A stretch of DNA of 63,751 nt, the filler included, from Octopus bimaculoides (taxonomy: Eukaryota): assembly GCF_001194135.2 (NCBI RefSeq). It is 6 parts of 5 records of this genome, joined end to end, with 100 filler letters (N's around TTAATTAATTAA, not from the genome) between each part and the next. Parts side by side here need not be neighbours in the genome. Positions count along the whole stretch, not along the records: positions 1 to 8,548 come from NC_069000.1; positions 8,649 to 15,601 come from NC_068997.1; 4 more parts are not named here. One strand, written 5' to 3'. Position numbers and translations under genes: made by a program. The stretch's first letter is position 1. Each line of letters begins with the position of its first letter. The notes beneath the pieces are model-generated. The model was not told the origin of the DNA, searched no databases, and saw nothing but the letters and a program-made list of their open reading frames with translations. Of the stretch, positions 1-11,060 are shown piece by piece.

Positions 1-45
<45 letters not shown>

Positions 46-205
46 GTGTTTGCTCAACACCGCTTGACAACAGGTGTTGGTGTGTTTACGTCACTGTAGC
101 ATAGCGGTTCGACAAAAGAAATCGATAGGATAAGTACTAGCTTAAAAAAAGTGCTGAGGTTGATTTGTTCAGCTAAAACCCTCCGAGGCGTTGCACGACT
201 GCAAC
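46..205 (+). mobile_element. SINE family A/B, 3' module B (diverged)
   Basis: cgcttgacaac..gtgtttacgtc..tagcggttcg..gataggataagtactag matches module B at 37755-37950 and 55205-55395. Confidence 0.7.
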
Positions 206-252
206 AAATAAAAGAATTGAATAAAGGAATGTGTTGATATATAGGTAGATAG

Positions 253-457
253 ATGGATAGAGGGAGAGGGAGAGAGAAAGAGGGAGAGATAGAGGGAGGA
301 GAGATTGAGAGGGAGAATGAAAGAGAGAGTGAGAGAGAGGGAAAAGAAAGAGAAATAAAGAGAGATAGTGAGAGAGAAAGAGAGAGAGAAAAGAAAGAGA
401 AAAAGAAAGAGATAGAGAGAGAGAAAGAGAGAGAGAGAGAGAAAGAGAGGGAGCGAA

Positions 458-496
<39 letters not shown>

Positions 497-715
497 ATGA
501 AAAAGAGAGAAAGAGAGAGAGAAGGAAAGAGAGAGAGAGAGTGAGAGAGAAAGAGAGAGAAAAGAAAGAGAGAGAGAGAGAAAGAAAGAGAATGAAAGAA
601 AAAGAGAGAAAGAAAGAGAGAGAGAGAGAGAGACAAAGAAAGAAACGAAGAAAGAGAGAGAGAGAGAAGAGAGAGAGAGAGAAAGAGAGAGAGAGAGCGA
701 TAGAGAGAGAAAGAT
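253..715. repeat. Degenerate (GA)n/(GAAA)n polypurine tract
   Basis: About 460 bp almost purely A/G on the + strand; source of ORFs 169..636 and 253..804. Confidence 0.95.
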
Positions 716-1142
716 GTAGAGTGGAATATGAAGATATTTTACAGTGTTATTTCCATGGTTACAGTGAACTTAGTCAAAGATATCGGCCGGTTACGTCATA
801 TTAATATGGCTGTTGTTGTTATTGTCTGTAGCCATGTTGTCAGCTGAGCTCCAGTCTCGTTGCTTTTAAATCCGTATTCGTTAGATCTTCGAATTCTCAG
901 ATTCGACAAAGTACCAGTAAAATACTAGGGTTGATTTAATCTACTAACCTCCTTCTCTTTCTTCCTTCCTTTCTTTCTTTCTTTCTTTCTCTGTCGGCAA
1001 ACTGAAGTTGTCAGTCTCTCGTAATTATCCATTATATCCTTTTATTCTTTCGAGTTTGATAAAATAAATACCAGTTGTGCATTGGGGTCGGTTTAATTAA
1101 CTAAATCCCTATAGCAGAAACGTTTGTGATATCCGTATAATA

Positions 1143-1268
1143 TGGTGGCGAGCTGGCAGAACCTTTGGCACACCTGGAAAAATGCTTAACAGTGTTTCGT
1201 CCGTCTTTACGTTCTGAGTTCAAATTCCGCTGTGGTTCATTTTACCTTTCATCTTTCGGGGAATTTCT
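1143..1268 (+). mobile_element. SINE family C (tRNA-headed), 5' part
   Basis: ggtggcgagctggcagaa (A-box-like) ... gagttcaaattcc (B-box-like), shared with 29311-29540. Confidence 0.75.
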
Positions 1269-1299
1269 GAGTTCAAAGACTGTCAGATTCAATTTAGCC

Positions 1300-1990
1300 G
1301 TAACATCACTTTGTATATCTCGCTATGATCCGAGTAACGTATATTGCGACGCCAACCAGTGATCAAGGATGCGACACACCAACTCAGTTTGTCTCCTCGT
1401 CTGATTCTCGGTGGTCTTAAACATCAGACACATACTTCCCTATACTTTGCCGCGTATCGGTCAGAGTTCCAACGCCTATTTCGAGGGTTTATGAAAGGGC
1501 TGTCGGTTGTTTGAATAACAGCAGTTATATTGTCTTCCTTATCACCCTTTCCTGAATAAATATCTCGAGAAAAGAAACACCTTTTTTCTCGAAGTATCTC
1601 GTTCATACCCTCTCTTTTTCCTTGAACTGGCTCATGTCGAAGAGCTCTTTGTGACCCACAATGCTTGCAAAAGATGTCATGTTATTGTTGTTTGTATTGT
1701 TTAAACTTTTTTTCATTCAAATGAATATTTTCAATATTATTCTTTTCGTATGTTTTCTATTGTGTAACTGTTTATGCTTGAAGCTTTGTCTGTTTCATAT
1801 TTCATTGTCTGTTTTTGTTTTGAAGTCTGTTTTCATATTTGAGAATAATTTTCGATAGCTAGTTTGGTGTTGTGTGGATCTGTGGTTTGCGGCTACTACT
1901 AACACCATTACCGTGACAGGCAAGCACCGCTTCCTGTTGCTCCAACGGCCATTTTGAACCGTCAATAACTAAAAATGGCTACCGTGCAAA
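1300..1990 (-). pseudogene. Possible degenerate 5' end/ORF1 remnant of a non-LTR retrotransposon (unassigned)
   Basis: Protein-like but stop-interrupted minus reading (TSFASIVGHKELFDMSQFKEKERV*, NEILREKRCFFSRDIYSGKGDKEDNITAV) below YY1/ETS-like motifs; the family assignment is a guess. Confidence 0.25.
1928..1980. promoter_or_regulatory. ETS-like plus two opposed YY1-like motifs
   Basis: cgcttcctg 1928-1936, ggccattttg 1947-1956, aaaatggct 1972-1980; motif match only. Confidence 0.25.
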
Positions 1991-2764
1991 AATATATAAC
2001 ACGGTTAAAAATAGTGTTTTAGCGAACATTTTTCTTACCTGAGTATTCTGGGATAGATATCTAACTATTCCAGAGATATTCAAATAATAAATATTTAAAT
2101 ATTCTTGGTAAAACTAGCCCGTCCCCACTTCTACATTGAACTTTTTAACGATACAGCCTTACCTGTGTCTAAAATTACGAATATGCTTTTCAAGACATTC
2201 AAATATTAAATATGGGTTTTCTGAAGCGCCTAAACTATATTTTGAATACTCGGTGGCACGACGAGATATCCTTTGTGATGCACTACTGCACCGTTTGAGA
2301 GCCATGGCACAGCGATTTCCATTTTAGTTCTTAATGAACTCGTAATCTTTACAACCGTGAAGATGGTAGTCACAGTAGGGTGTTCAGTCTAAGCCCTCAC
2401 CATTTCTTACTTCTAGGATACACCATTTCTTACCTCTAGGATAAAGCGAGAAAATATAAGCTTCACAACATTTCAATTCAATTAATCCATTAAGAAAAGT
2501 ATGAACGTCACAACTCTTCATTTTATCTTCTCATACAATTTAGGAAATTTTTGCACACATTCTACATTGAAAATATGCAAGAACATTTACCTCTAAGCTG
2601 TGTGTGTGTGTGAGTGTGAGCGAGAGAGAGAAGAAGAGACAGAGGGGGACAGAGAGAGGAAGAGGAAGAAAAGGGAGAGAGAAAGGGTGAGAGAGATGGA
2701 GGGAAAGAGAAGGAGAGAGAGAGCTAACATCTCACACTAACACATCATATATACACTCTCTTAC

Positions 2765-3055
2765 CTTTCGTCAGATATCGTTTGCCTTCCAACGTAACGT
2801 CATCGCGATACATACCGTATCACATTCCAGACAAACAAAGGCGTACAGTGTTATCTCTGGTAGTATCATTTCGACAACAAGCTTCGTCTCTTCGTTAAGC
2901 TATGACTGTCAAAGCTTGTCATGTCGTTCTTTTCTCGGCGAAAAGGACAGCAACGGATGTCATCATGACCGAAGAGCTTACTGAGCGTATTCCTATCACG
3001 CATCGTTTTTACAGAAACCATTCGACACAGAGGAGAGTATTTTGTTGCAGTAGAG
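2765..3055 (-). other. Candidate first exon of an unidentified minus-strand gene (possible MYRDDVTLEGKRYLTK start)
   Basis: CpG-rich unique stretch ending in AAG|GTAAGA donor at 2765/2764; ATG at 2813 open to the donor with an in-frame stop upstream; no homology recognised. Confidence 0.25.
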
Positions 3056-3063
3056 AGAATATT

Positions 3064-3230
3064 GCGCAGGAGGCGTGGTTGTGTTGTAACGAGTTTGCTC
3101 CCAAACCACATGTTTCCAGGTTTAGTCCCAATGCGTGGCATCTTGGGCAGATGTCTTCTACTAAAGACTCGGACCGAACAAAGCCTTATGATTGGATCTA
3201 GTAGACGGAAATTGAAAGAAACCCGCCATA
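3064..3230 (+). mobile_element. SINE family A/B, 5' module A
   Basis: tRNA-like head then cttgggcagatgtcttctacta..gtagacggaaattgaaagaaacccgcc, running into (TA)n and a gap. Confidence 0.8.
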
Positions 3231-4148
3231 TATATATATATANNNNNNNNNNNNNNNNNNNNNNNNNNNNNNNNNNNNNNNNNNNNNNNNNNNNNNNNNN
3301 NNNNNNNNNNNNNNNNNNNNNNNNNNNNNNNNNNNNNNNNNNNNNNNNNNNNNNNNNNNNNNNNNNNNNNNNNNNNNNNNNNNNNNNNNNNNNNNNNNNN
3401 NNNNNNNNNNNNNNNNNNNNNNNNNNNNNNNNNNNNNNNNNNNNNNNNNNNNNNNNNNNNNNNNNNNNNNNNNNNNNNNNNNNNNNNNNNNNNNNNNNNN
3501 NNNNNNNNNNNNNNNNNNNNNNNNNNNNNNNNNNNNNNNNNNNNNNNNNNNNNNNNNNNNNNNNNNNNNNNNNNNNNNNNNNNNNNNNNNNNNNNNNNNN
3601 NNNNNNNNNNNNNNNNNNNNNNNNNNNNNNNNNNNNNNNNNNNNNNNNNNNNNNNNNNNNNNNNNNNNNNNNNNNNNNNNNNNNNNNNNNNNNNNNNNNN
3701 NNNNNNNNNNNNNNNNNNNNNNNNNNNNNNNNNNNNNNNNNNNNNNNNNNNNNNNNNNNNNNNNNNNNNNNNNNNNNNNNNNNNNNNNNNNNNNNNNNNN
3801 NNNNNNNNNNNNNNNNNNNNNNNNNNNNNNNNNNNNNNNNNNNNNNNNNNNNNNNNNNNNNNNNNNNNNNNNNNNNNNNNNNNNNNNNNNNNNNNNNNNN
3901 NNNNNNNNNNNNNNNNNNNNNNNNNNNNNNNNNNNNNNNNNNNNNNNNNNNNNNNNNNNNNNNNNNNNNNNNNNNNNNNNNNNNNNNNNNNNNNNNNNNN
4001 NNNNNNNNNNNNNNNNNNNNNNNNNNNNNNNNNNNNNNNNNNNNNNNNNNNNNNNNNNNNNNNNNNNNNNNNNNNNNNNNNNNNNNNNNNNNNNNNNNNN
4101 NNNNNNNNNNNNNNNNNNNNNNNNNNNNNNNNNNNNNNNNNNNNNNNA

Positions 4149-4872
4149 CCTGCCCGAGATGCAGACAGAGCGACGAAACCGTTCTGCACGCACTTGTACA
4201 GTGTCCAACCATTTCCGAGCCTATGTCGAACGACAGCTATCGCGTGTGGGACGAGTCAGTTTATCAACCGAGTCTATAGTGAATATTGTTGCGCCTCCTT
4301 CCTGTTTCAAGGAAGGAAGAGCCATTTTCATCGTACCTGTGGCTATGGCGAAAGAATGTGTATGGTGGACGCGTCTGAAAGTTCTAGAGACAAACTCTTT
4401 CCTCTCTGGTGAATCTCTCATCAACTTCTTCAAGTATCACTTGAAATGGAAGGTGAGAGTAGAGAGGGAAGTTTTGTTTACTGAATGCTTCAAGAAAAGA
4501 TGGGTGAATGTAGCAAGGATGGCACGTGTGAATGACGGAGCCACCTTGAGTATCATCCTATGAACCAGAAAAAGAAAGGGAAAAAGAGAGTCACTTACTG
4601 TAATGTGTTTTTCTGCATGACACTATTGGCCAAGGTTACCGTGGTCTTTTCCGTAGGCTTTTCTTTCAACGGATAAACCTAATCTGTTTCCCATTTTACA
4701 CTATGACATTTCTGTGATACATGATCCCTATTGATCGGCTTTTTTTTCCCACGATCTCTTTTGATCGAATTTCTACCCCGCTTTCCTTTTTTTCCTTCTC
4801 TTCCCAAAAAGAAAAGCTCTACTTTGTATTTTGTCCCCTCTGTGTTCAGCCCTGGGTGCCCAATAAAGAAAC
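4149..4872 (+). mobile_element. Tx1/L1-clade non-LTR retrotransposon 3' end (ORF2 C-terminus plus 3'UTR)
   Basis: CCHC knuckle CPRCRQSDETVLHALVQC at 4150-4205, frameshift into ...FFKYHLKWKVRVERE..KKRWVNVARM* (stop 4563), AATAAA at 4862, then (TATC)n; 5' part lost in a gap. Confidence 0.75.
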
Positions 4873-4873
4873 A

Positions 4874-4934
<61 letters not shown>

Positions 4935-5803
4935 ATCTATCTATCTATGCATGTAAATATACGTACATACANNNNNNNNNNNNNNNNNNNNNNNNNNNNN
5001 NNNNNNNNNNNNNNNNNNNNNNNNNNNNNNNNNNNNNNNNNNNNNNNNNNNNNNNNNNNNNNNNNNNNNNNNNNNNNNNNNNNNNNNNNNNNNNNNNNNN
5101 NNNNNNNNNNNNNNNNNNNNNNNNNNNNNNNNNNNNNNNNNNNNNNNNNNNNNNNNNNNNNNNNNNNNNNNNNNNNNNNNNNNNNNNNNNNNNNNNNNNN
5201 NNNNNNNNNNNNNNNNNNNNNNNNNNNNNNNNNNNNNNNNNNNNNNNNNNNNNNNNNNNNNNNNNNNNNNNNNNNNNNNNNNNNNNNNNNNNNNNNNNNN
5301 NNNNNNNNNNNNNNNNNNNNNNNNNNNNNNNNNNNNNNNNNNNNNNNNNNNNNNNNNNNNNNNNNNNNNNNNNNNNNNNNNNNNNNNNNNNNNNNNNNNN
5401 NNNNNNNNNNNNNNNNNNNNNNNNNNNNNNNNNNNNNNNNNNNNNNNNNNNNNNNNNNNNNNNNNNNNNNNNNNNNNNNNNNNNNNNNNNNNNNNNNNNN
5501 NNNNNNNNNNNNNNNNNNNNNNNNNNNNNNNNNNNNNNNNNNNNNNNNNNNNNNNNNNNNNNNNNNNNNNNNNNNNNNNNNNNNNNNNNNNNNNNNNNNN
5601 NNNNNNNNNNNNNNNNNNNNNNNNNNNNNNNNNNNNNNNNNNNNNNNNNNNNNNNNNNNNNNNNNNNNNNNNNNNNNNNNNNNNNNNNNNNNNNNNNNNN
5701 NNNNNNNNNNNNNNNNNNNNNNNNNNNNNNNNNNNNNNNNNNNNNNNNNNNNNNNNNNNNNNNNNNNNNNNNNNNNNNNNNNNNNNNNNNNNNNNNNNNN
5801 NNN

Positions 5804-5838
<35 letters not shown>

Positions 5839-5947
5839 TATGCATGTATGCATATGTATATGTGTATATATATGTGAAAATCTGAAGAATCTATTAGAGT
5901 AGATGAAAGTGCTAATATACGATTTATAAAGACATGTGACATATATA

Positions 5948-5983
<36 letters not shown>

Positions 5984-6839
5984 TGTATGTATGTATCTAT
6001 CTATCTATCTATATATATATATATATTTACACACACACACACACATGCACACACACACACACACACACATACAAAGTGAAATAAGTTCCGGGTAAAAAGA
6101 CTTGCAGAATTCTATGCAAAGCTCATCCCCAGTTATAGGCTACCAGATGTCCATCATAGACTCTCATCATAGACCCTCCATCCATGGCCACCAGCATTTA
6201 AAAACCAAAGGTGATGTATCCAAGGCTACATTCTCTAAAGCTCGCACCTGAATTTATTTTCAAACATTAGAATATAATATGAGGGAGATTTAGCTCTTAT
6301 ATCTAACAGGCCATTGAGCTATAGTGAGGATCCTTCGTTCTCTAGTGATATCTAGGTCGTTCCCTGAGGTGTGCTCAATTTAGTATTAGGGTCCACTTTG
6401 GTGGTTTCGCGAAAGTTTGGTAAGCCTGCTTAATCGATAAAAGAACCATTTACCTCGGGCTAACGTGTCCACCAATCAATATATCCGGTGTTCATCACAT
6501 GATACACAAAACCTACCGTTCTATAAACAGATTTCTACATGTATGGCTTAGCAGATTTATATAGATATATATATATTTGTAAGTAGTTTTCACACACACA
6601 CACACATGTATTTATGCACATAGCACATATATCCTATCTCGGTCTCTCTCTCTATATATGTAGAGGGAAAGAGAGACAGGCAGACAGACATGCAGCTACA
6701 TATACACACAAACCTACACACACATGTATATACTTACAAGTAAATTTGTGCATACATATACGTTTCTATACCAGCTGTATATGCGTATATATGTATATGC
6801 ATCTATACACATTTACACGTATGTATGTATGCTTATATG

Positions 6840-6880
<41 letters not shown>

Positions 6881-7582
6881 TATACACATACACTTGAATA
6901 TATATAAATATCATCTACATAATATATAATGTATATACATATATGTGTAATGTGTATGCAATATGTATGTTTACATACATACATACATACAAACATACAT
7001 ACTTACATACATACAAACATACATACATACATACATGCATACATATAAATTTATACAGATTCTTACAATCATTGCCATTTTTCAATCGATCAAAAAAATC
7101 TACTACAGCGAAAGAAATTCCAACTCGATAGTCGTTTAATGTGTAGGAATGGTGTATTTTAGTCAGTGATGCAGTCATTAGTGCTGTTTAAGAGACGGAC
7201 TGATTGTAAAGGAGCCCAAGAGAATACAGAAAAAAAAAGAAGAACCGAAACATTCTTATTGATTCTTCAGCTTAAACGTACATTTGGAGAACGCGAGAAA
7301 AGAAAAAGAGAGAGAGGAAAAAGAGACGAAAAATAAACGAATATTTTTTTTTTTCGTTTCCACCAAAATTGCTTCATACGAGATTTTGATCTAATATCAG
7401 CAAATTTTCGTCTCTATTTGCTATGATTATTTATTTTCGATATATTCTTCACTCTGAAGTCTTCAAAAATCAGTTGGTGGAAGTTTCGTTGTTAGAAAAA
7501 AAAGAAAAGAAAAAAAAAAAGCGAGTTTTGATTAGAAAAAAAGAAAAAAAATGAGGTGCAAATATATTTTCAATTAAAATCG

Positions 7583-7960
7583 AAGGCGTGACAATGGGGG
7601 TAAGAAGCTTGTTTCCCAATCACATGGTTTTGGGTTCAATTCCGCCGTGTGTTGCTTTGGGAAAGTGACTTCTACTATCGTCTCGGTTCGACCAAAGACT
7701 TGTGATTGGATTTGGTAGACGGAAACTGAAAGAAGCCCGTCATACGCGTATACGTATGTGTGTATGTTTGTCCTGCTCAACGCTTGGTAACCAGTGTTGG
7801 TGTGTTTACGTCCCCGTAACTTAACGGTTCGGCAACAGAGACCGATAGAGTAAGTACCAGGCTTAAATAAAAAAGTACTGGGTCAATTCATTCGACTAAA
7901 AATTCTTCAAGGCGGTGCCCCAGCATGGCCACAATCCAATCACCGAATCCAGTAAAAGGT
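7583..7960 (+). mobile_element. SINE family A/B, complete bipartite copy with short linker
   Basis: Module A (to gaagcccgtcat, about 7743), short TA/TG linker, module B to ccagtaaaagg. Confidence 0.85.
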
Positions 7961-8384
7961 AAATACTCCGAAATTAATGTTAAGTATTACTTACATGCCA
8001 AAGATATTTTCAGTGAAAAATCTCGTCTGCTATAAATATAGATCTGTTCAAATCATGGTTTGGGCCACGTAAAAAATGCAAACCGGCAATTTATGTTGAC
8101 CGACAATTAAAGTTTTTTCTCTCTTGGGAAATGCAGAATGCGAAACTAATGAAGCTAGCTCTGTAATTTCAGCAAAATATTTTGTATCATAATATATTTA
8201 AATTATTGTTCGGGCATCTCTCTCTCTCTCACTCTCTTTCTCATACACACACTCACACATGCACAAAATATAATGTCAAACAATTACACTAACCAACAAT
8301 TACTTTTCTTTTTTCTTTAATTCTCTTGTGAAATCTGGAATACGAAAGCAATGAAGCCAACTCTGCAATGTATGACGATAAAGC

Positions 8385-8548
8385 ACGGAGGATTGAAATC
8401 GAGTTTAGTTTATTTTTCCGACCATATGGTTCCGAGTTCAGTCCCATTGCGTAGCACCTTGGGCAAGTGTCTTCTACTAAAGCCTCGGGCCAACCAAAGC
8501 CTTGTGAGTGGATTTGGTAGACGGAAACTCAAAGAAGCCCGTCGTATG
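8385..8548 (+). mobile_element. SINE family A/B, module A
   Basis: ccgagttcagtcccattgcgtagcaccttgggcaagtgtcttctac..gaagcccgtcgt, ending at a linker gap. Confidence 0.85.
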
Positions 8549-8592
8549 NNNNNNNNNNNNNNNNNNNNNNNNNNNNNNNNNNNNNNNNNNNN

Positions 8593-8604
8593 TTAATTAA
8601 TTAA
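8593..8604. other. Artificial scaffold linker TTAATTAATTAA in a 100-bp gap
   Basis: 44 N + 12 nt + 44 N. Confidence 0.95.
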
Positions 8605-8648
8605 NNNNNNNNNNNNNNNNNNNNNNNNNNNNNNNNNNNNNNNNNNNN

Positions 8649-8907
8649 GTACAGCATTAGCAGCCACAAACGTACGGAATCTTGACCAGTAATCAGGCCA
8701 TAGTTCTGTCGCTGAATCAAATGCAGTAAATGGTGGAATCGACACTGTTGTTGAAGCAGCTGAAAAATAGCCACTAGAATCGCCTTCAACTTGTCGAGCA
8801 CCAAACAGTTTTAACAGAGCGTCCATATCTCTCTGATGTTGTTGCATTTGCTTGTCCATTTGTTCCCTAAACAATTTAATAAGTTCTACTGTCTGTTTTT
8901 CAGCCAT
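8649..8907 (-). CDS. gag: Ty3/gypsy gag N-terminus (partial, cut by gap)
   Basis: MAEKQTVELIKLFREQMDKQ...IPPFTAFDSATELWPDYWSRFRTFVAANAV is gypsy gag-like and lies downstream of an LTR and PBS. Confidence 0.7.
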
Positions 8908-8948
8908 TGTTATTACGATGAATAATTTTACGGTAAAGTAAGCATGTA

Positions 8949-9020
8949 TCCTATCGGTCCTATCGGCCCTATCGGTCCTATCGGTCCTATCGGCCCTATC
9001 GGTCCTATCGATCCTATCGG
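8949..9020 (-). repeat. 8 x 9-bp tandem repeat (YCCTATCGG on +) in the retrotransposon leader
   Basis: Units counted directly; first-base pattern T,T,C,T,T,C,T,T. Confidence 0.95.
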
Positions 9021-9028
9021 CGACGCCA
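9011..9028 (-). promoter_or_regulatory. Primer-binding site, tRNA-Ser-like
   Basis: TGGCGTCGCCGATAGGAT, 8 nt inside the LTR; similar to the complement of tRNA-Ser 3' ends (TGGCGTAGTCGGCAGGAT). Confidence 0.65.
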
Positions 9029-9036
9029 ATAAACTC

Positions 9037-9290
9037 TGTTATGTTTCCCTCGGATGACTCGTAGAGATAACATAACGAGTTATACAATTTAATTATTACA
9101 TTTATTGTTCAATTACATACAAAGAACGCACTCACCCAATGTTCGTTATGAATAAACAAAAGTCATGTCCGCCATATATATATATCAATGACATTTTACT
9201 ACGACAGTCCCACAAGACAACAACAATGAAACAATGAACTCAGACGAACCACATCACACACGGAACGTCAGACGAATTACATATCTAACA
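9037..9290 (-). mobile_element. 5' LTR (254 bp) of the gypsy element
   Basis: TGTTA...TAACA termini, AATAAA on the minus strand, adjacent PBS and gag. Confidence 0.8.
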
Positions 9291-9294
9291 GTCC

Positions 9295-9990
9295 ATATAA
9301 CAATAAGCTTATATGAATTATAACTGTTACAGTGGGATTGCATGCAATTTCTAAAAAAATTGTCTGTGTGTGGCATGTATATGTGGAGAGGCGTATGTTT
9401 ATGTTATTGAATGTGATTGTTGATTCCCTTTGATGTTCGTCTGATTCTTTTTGTAAGAAGGAAGAAGGCGGAGTTAGTGTGAGCTACTCTTAATCTGTTA
9501 TTTTGAAGCCAGATTTCTAAGTGATTGATGTGTGGACAATTTTAACGGCTGCTTTAGGAGGGAATGGTGGGATGACGTGATTTTGATGTCATACGCGTAT
9601 GAAGCTATGTGTACACTTTGTGTTAGGAACGGCGTGTAAGCATATATTAAACAGAATGTGTGATAGAGCGGATCTTTCCGTTCAGGATATTATCGATTCT
9701 AGATGTGTTATTATATTCTAAGTAGCTTCGTATTTGTATTTTCATTTGAAGTGTTTAATAATTTACGAGCAACTTCTGAGTGAATGGAATGAAATATTTT
9801 ACTGATGTCGACTGTCGTTGGGAGATTTATTTGAAGGATACTTTTTGTTGAGGTTGAAATTGTCATGCATTCCTTGCTAAATATCTGAGTATTGTTAATT
9901 AAGTGCTGCTGCCTGAAAACATGTTGCGAATTGGAAAGCATGTTGTGAATTAGAAACCATGTATGTTATGGTTTGTTATGCGATTTAGAA
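9295..9990 (-). pseudogene. Degenerate non-LTR reverse transcriptase (APE-type, Jockey/I/CR1-like group)
   Basis: Minus-strand fragments VDISKIFHSI, HIASYAYDIKITSSH (YADD-derived), LEIWLQNNRLRVAHTNS; many stops and shifts. Confidence 0.7.
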
Positions 9991-10259
9991 TTAGGAATTT
10001 GTCCATTTCCTTGATTCTGAGAATTTATTGCTACATATAATTTATTGGTACTTATTGGTACCGGATTTATTGGTACATGTATTGTTATATAGGCCCAGAT
10101 CAGCTAAAAGTCAGGCAGAACTATACTACGTAGGTGCTCCAACAATAAATTGTATCTGGTGTACCATATCTCTGAACAACTAACTTAAGCGTATGTGATA
10201 CTATATTGCACAAGTGAGTTCCTTGGTGAACACGGTCCATTGATTTAGTGTTGATGTCA

Positions 10260-11060
10260 GAATAGAATCGGACTCAAAAAGTGTGGAATAGCGTACCTGA
10301 AAAAGAGGCAAGGTACAATCCCTAGCAGGGATAGAATTAACTAATAGAGAACTGATTAAGCAAATCGAAACGGAAGGCTACATATATCTTGGCACACTAG
10401 AGTTCAATTAGATAGAACACACAAAAAAGAAATTGCATGGAAGGAAAAAAAGGCACGGTCAGTTTGCAAGAGATACGAACGCCAAGACAGATACAGAAGA
10501 CCGGTGGCTATGGATGAGGGGGAGTGACCTGAAGATATACACAGAACACGCGTTGAGGACTACCTGTGTGAAGTGAAAAATCGACAGCACTACCGACGGC
10601 AACAAATGCAGAATGTATGGCGAGAGGGGTGAAACGGTATGGCACATCGTTAGCGAATGCCCGAAATTAACACAACGCGAATACACAAGTTGACATGGCA
10701 ATGTGGTAAGAATAATCCATTAGAGGCTCTGAGGAAATCACCGTCTATAAAGAGCGAAGACATGGTATGGGCAAACTCCAGAAGGAATCACCGAGAATGG
10801 AAATTGCAAAATCCTGTGGGATGCAATGATTCAGTGCGATCACCCAACCAGTCACAGAAACCGGATATTGCTGTGGTGAATAAAAAAGAAAGAACATGTA
10901 TGATAATTGACATAGCATGCTCCAGTGACAACAGGATCAATGTGAAAGAAGAAGAAAAATAAACAACTAAGATGATTTAAAGTGGGAAACACGAAGGTTA
11001 TGGTGAATGAAGAGAGTAGATCTGATGGCAATGTTATTAAGAAGCACGCTTTATTATAAC
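10260..11060 (+). pseudogene. Degenerate R4/Dong-like non-LTR C-terminus (CCHC knuckle plus REL endonuclease)
   Basis: CRMYGERGETVWHIVSECPKL, then QKPDIAVVNKKERTCMIIDIACSSDNRINVKEEEK (PD..D..K REL motif); frameshifted. Confidence 0.8.

Noticed and set aside
169-804. 155-aa and 183-aa ORFs (S/L-rich, E/R/K-rich)
   Set aside because: Translations of the GA tract; no splice or domain support
2398-2443. 23-bp tandem duplication (similar short ones near 36620-36660 and 10040-10077)
   Set aside because: Ordinary slippage duplications with no further structure
2866-5942. Long ORFs of 300-450 aa, and similar ones at 20.9, 32.3, 50.6 and 53 kb
   Set aside because: They run through N gaps (poly-X)
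8949-9020. CRISPR-like or coding repeat (DRTDRA ORF 8593..9087)
   Set aside because: No spacers, eukaryotic context; the upstream ORF extension starts inside the LTR and the likely gag ATG is at 8907
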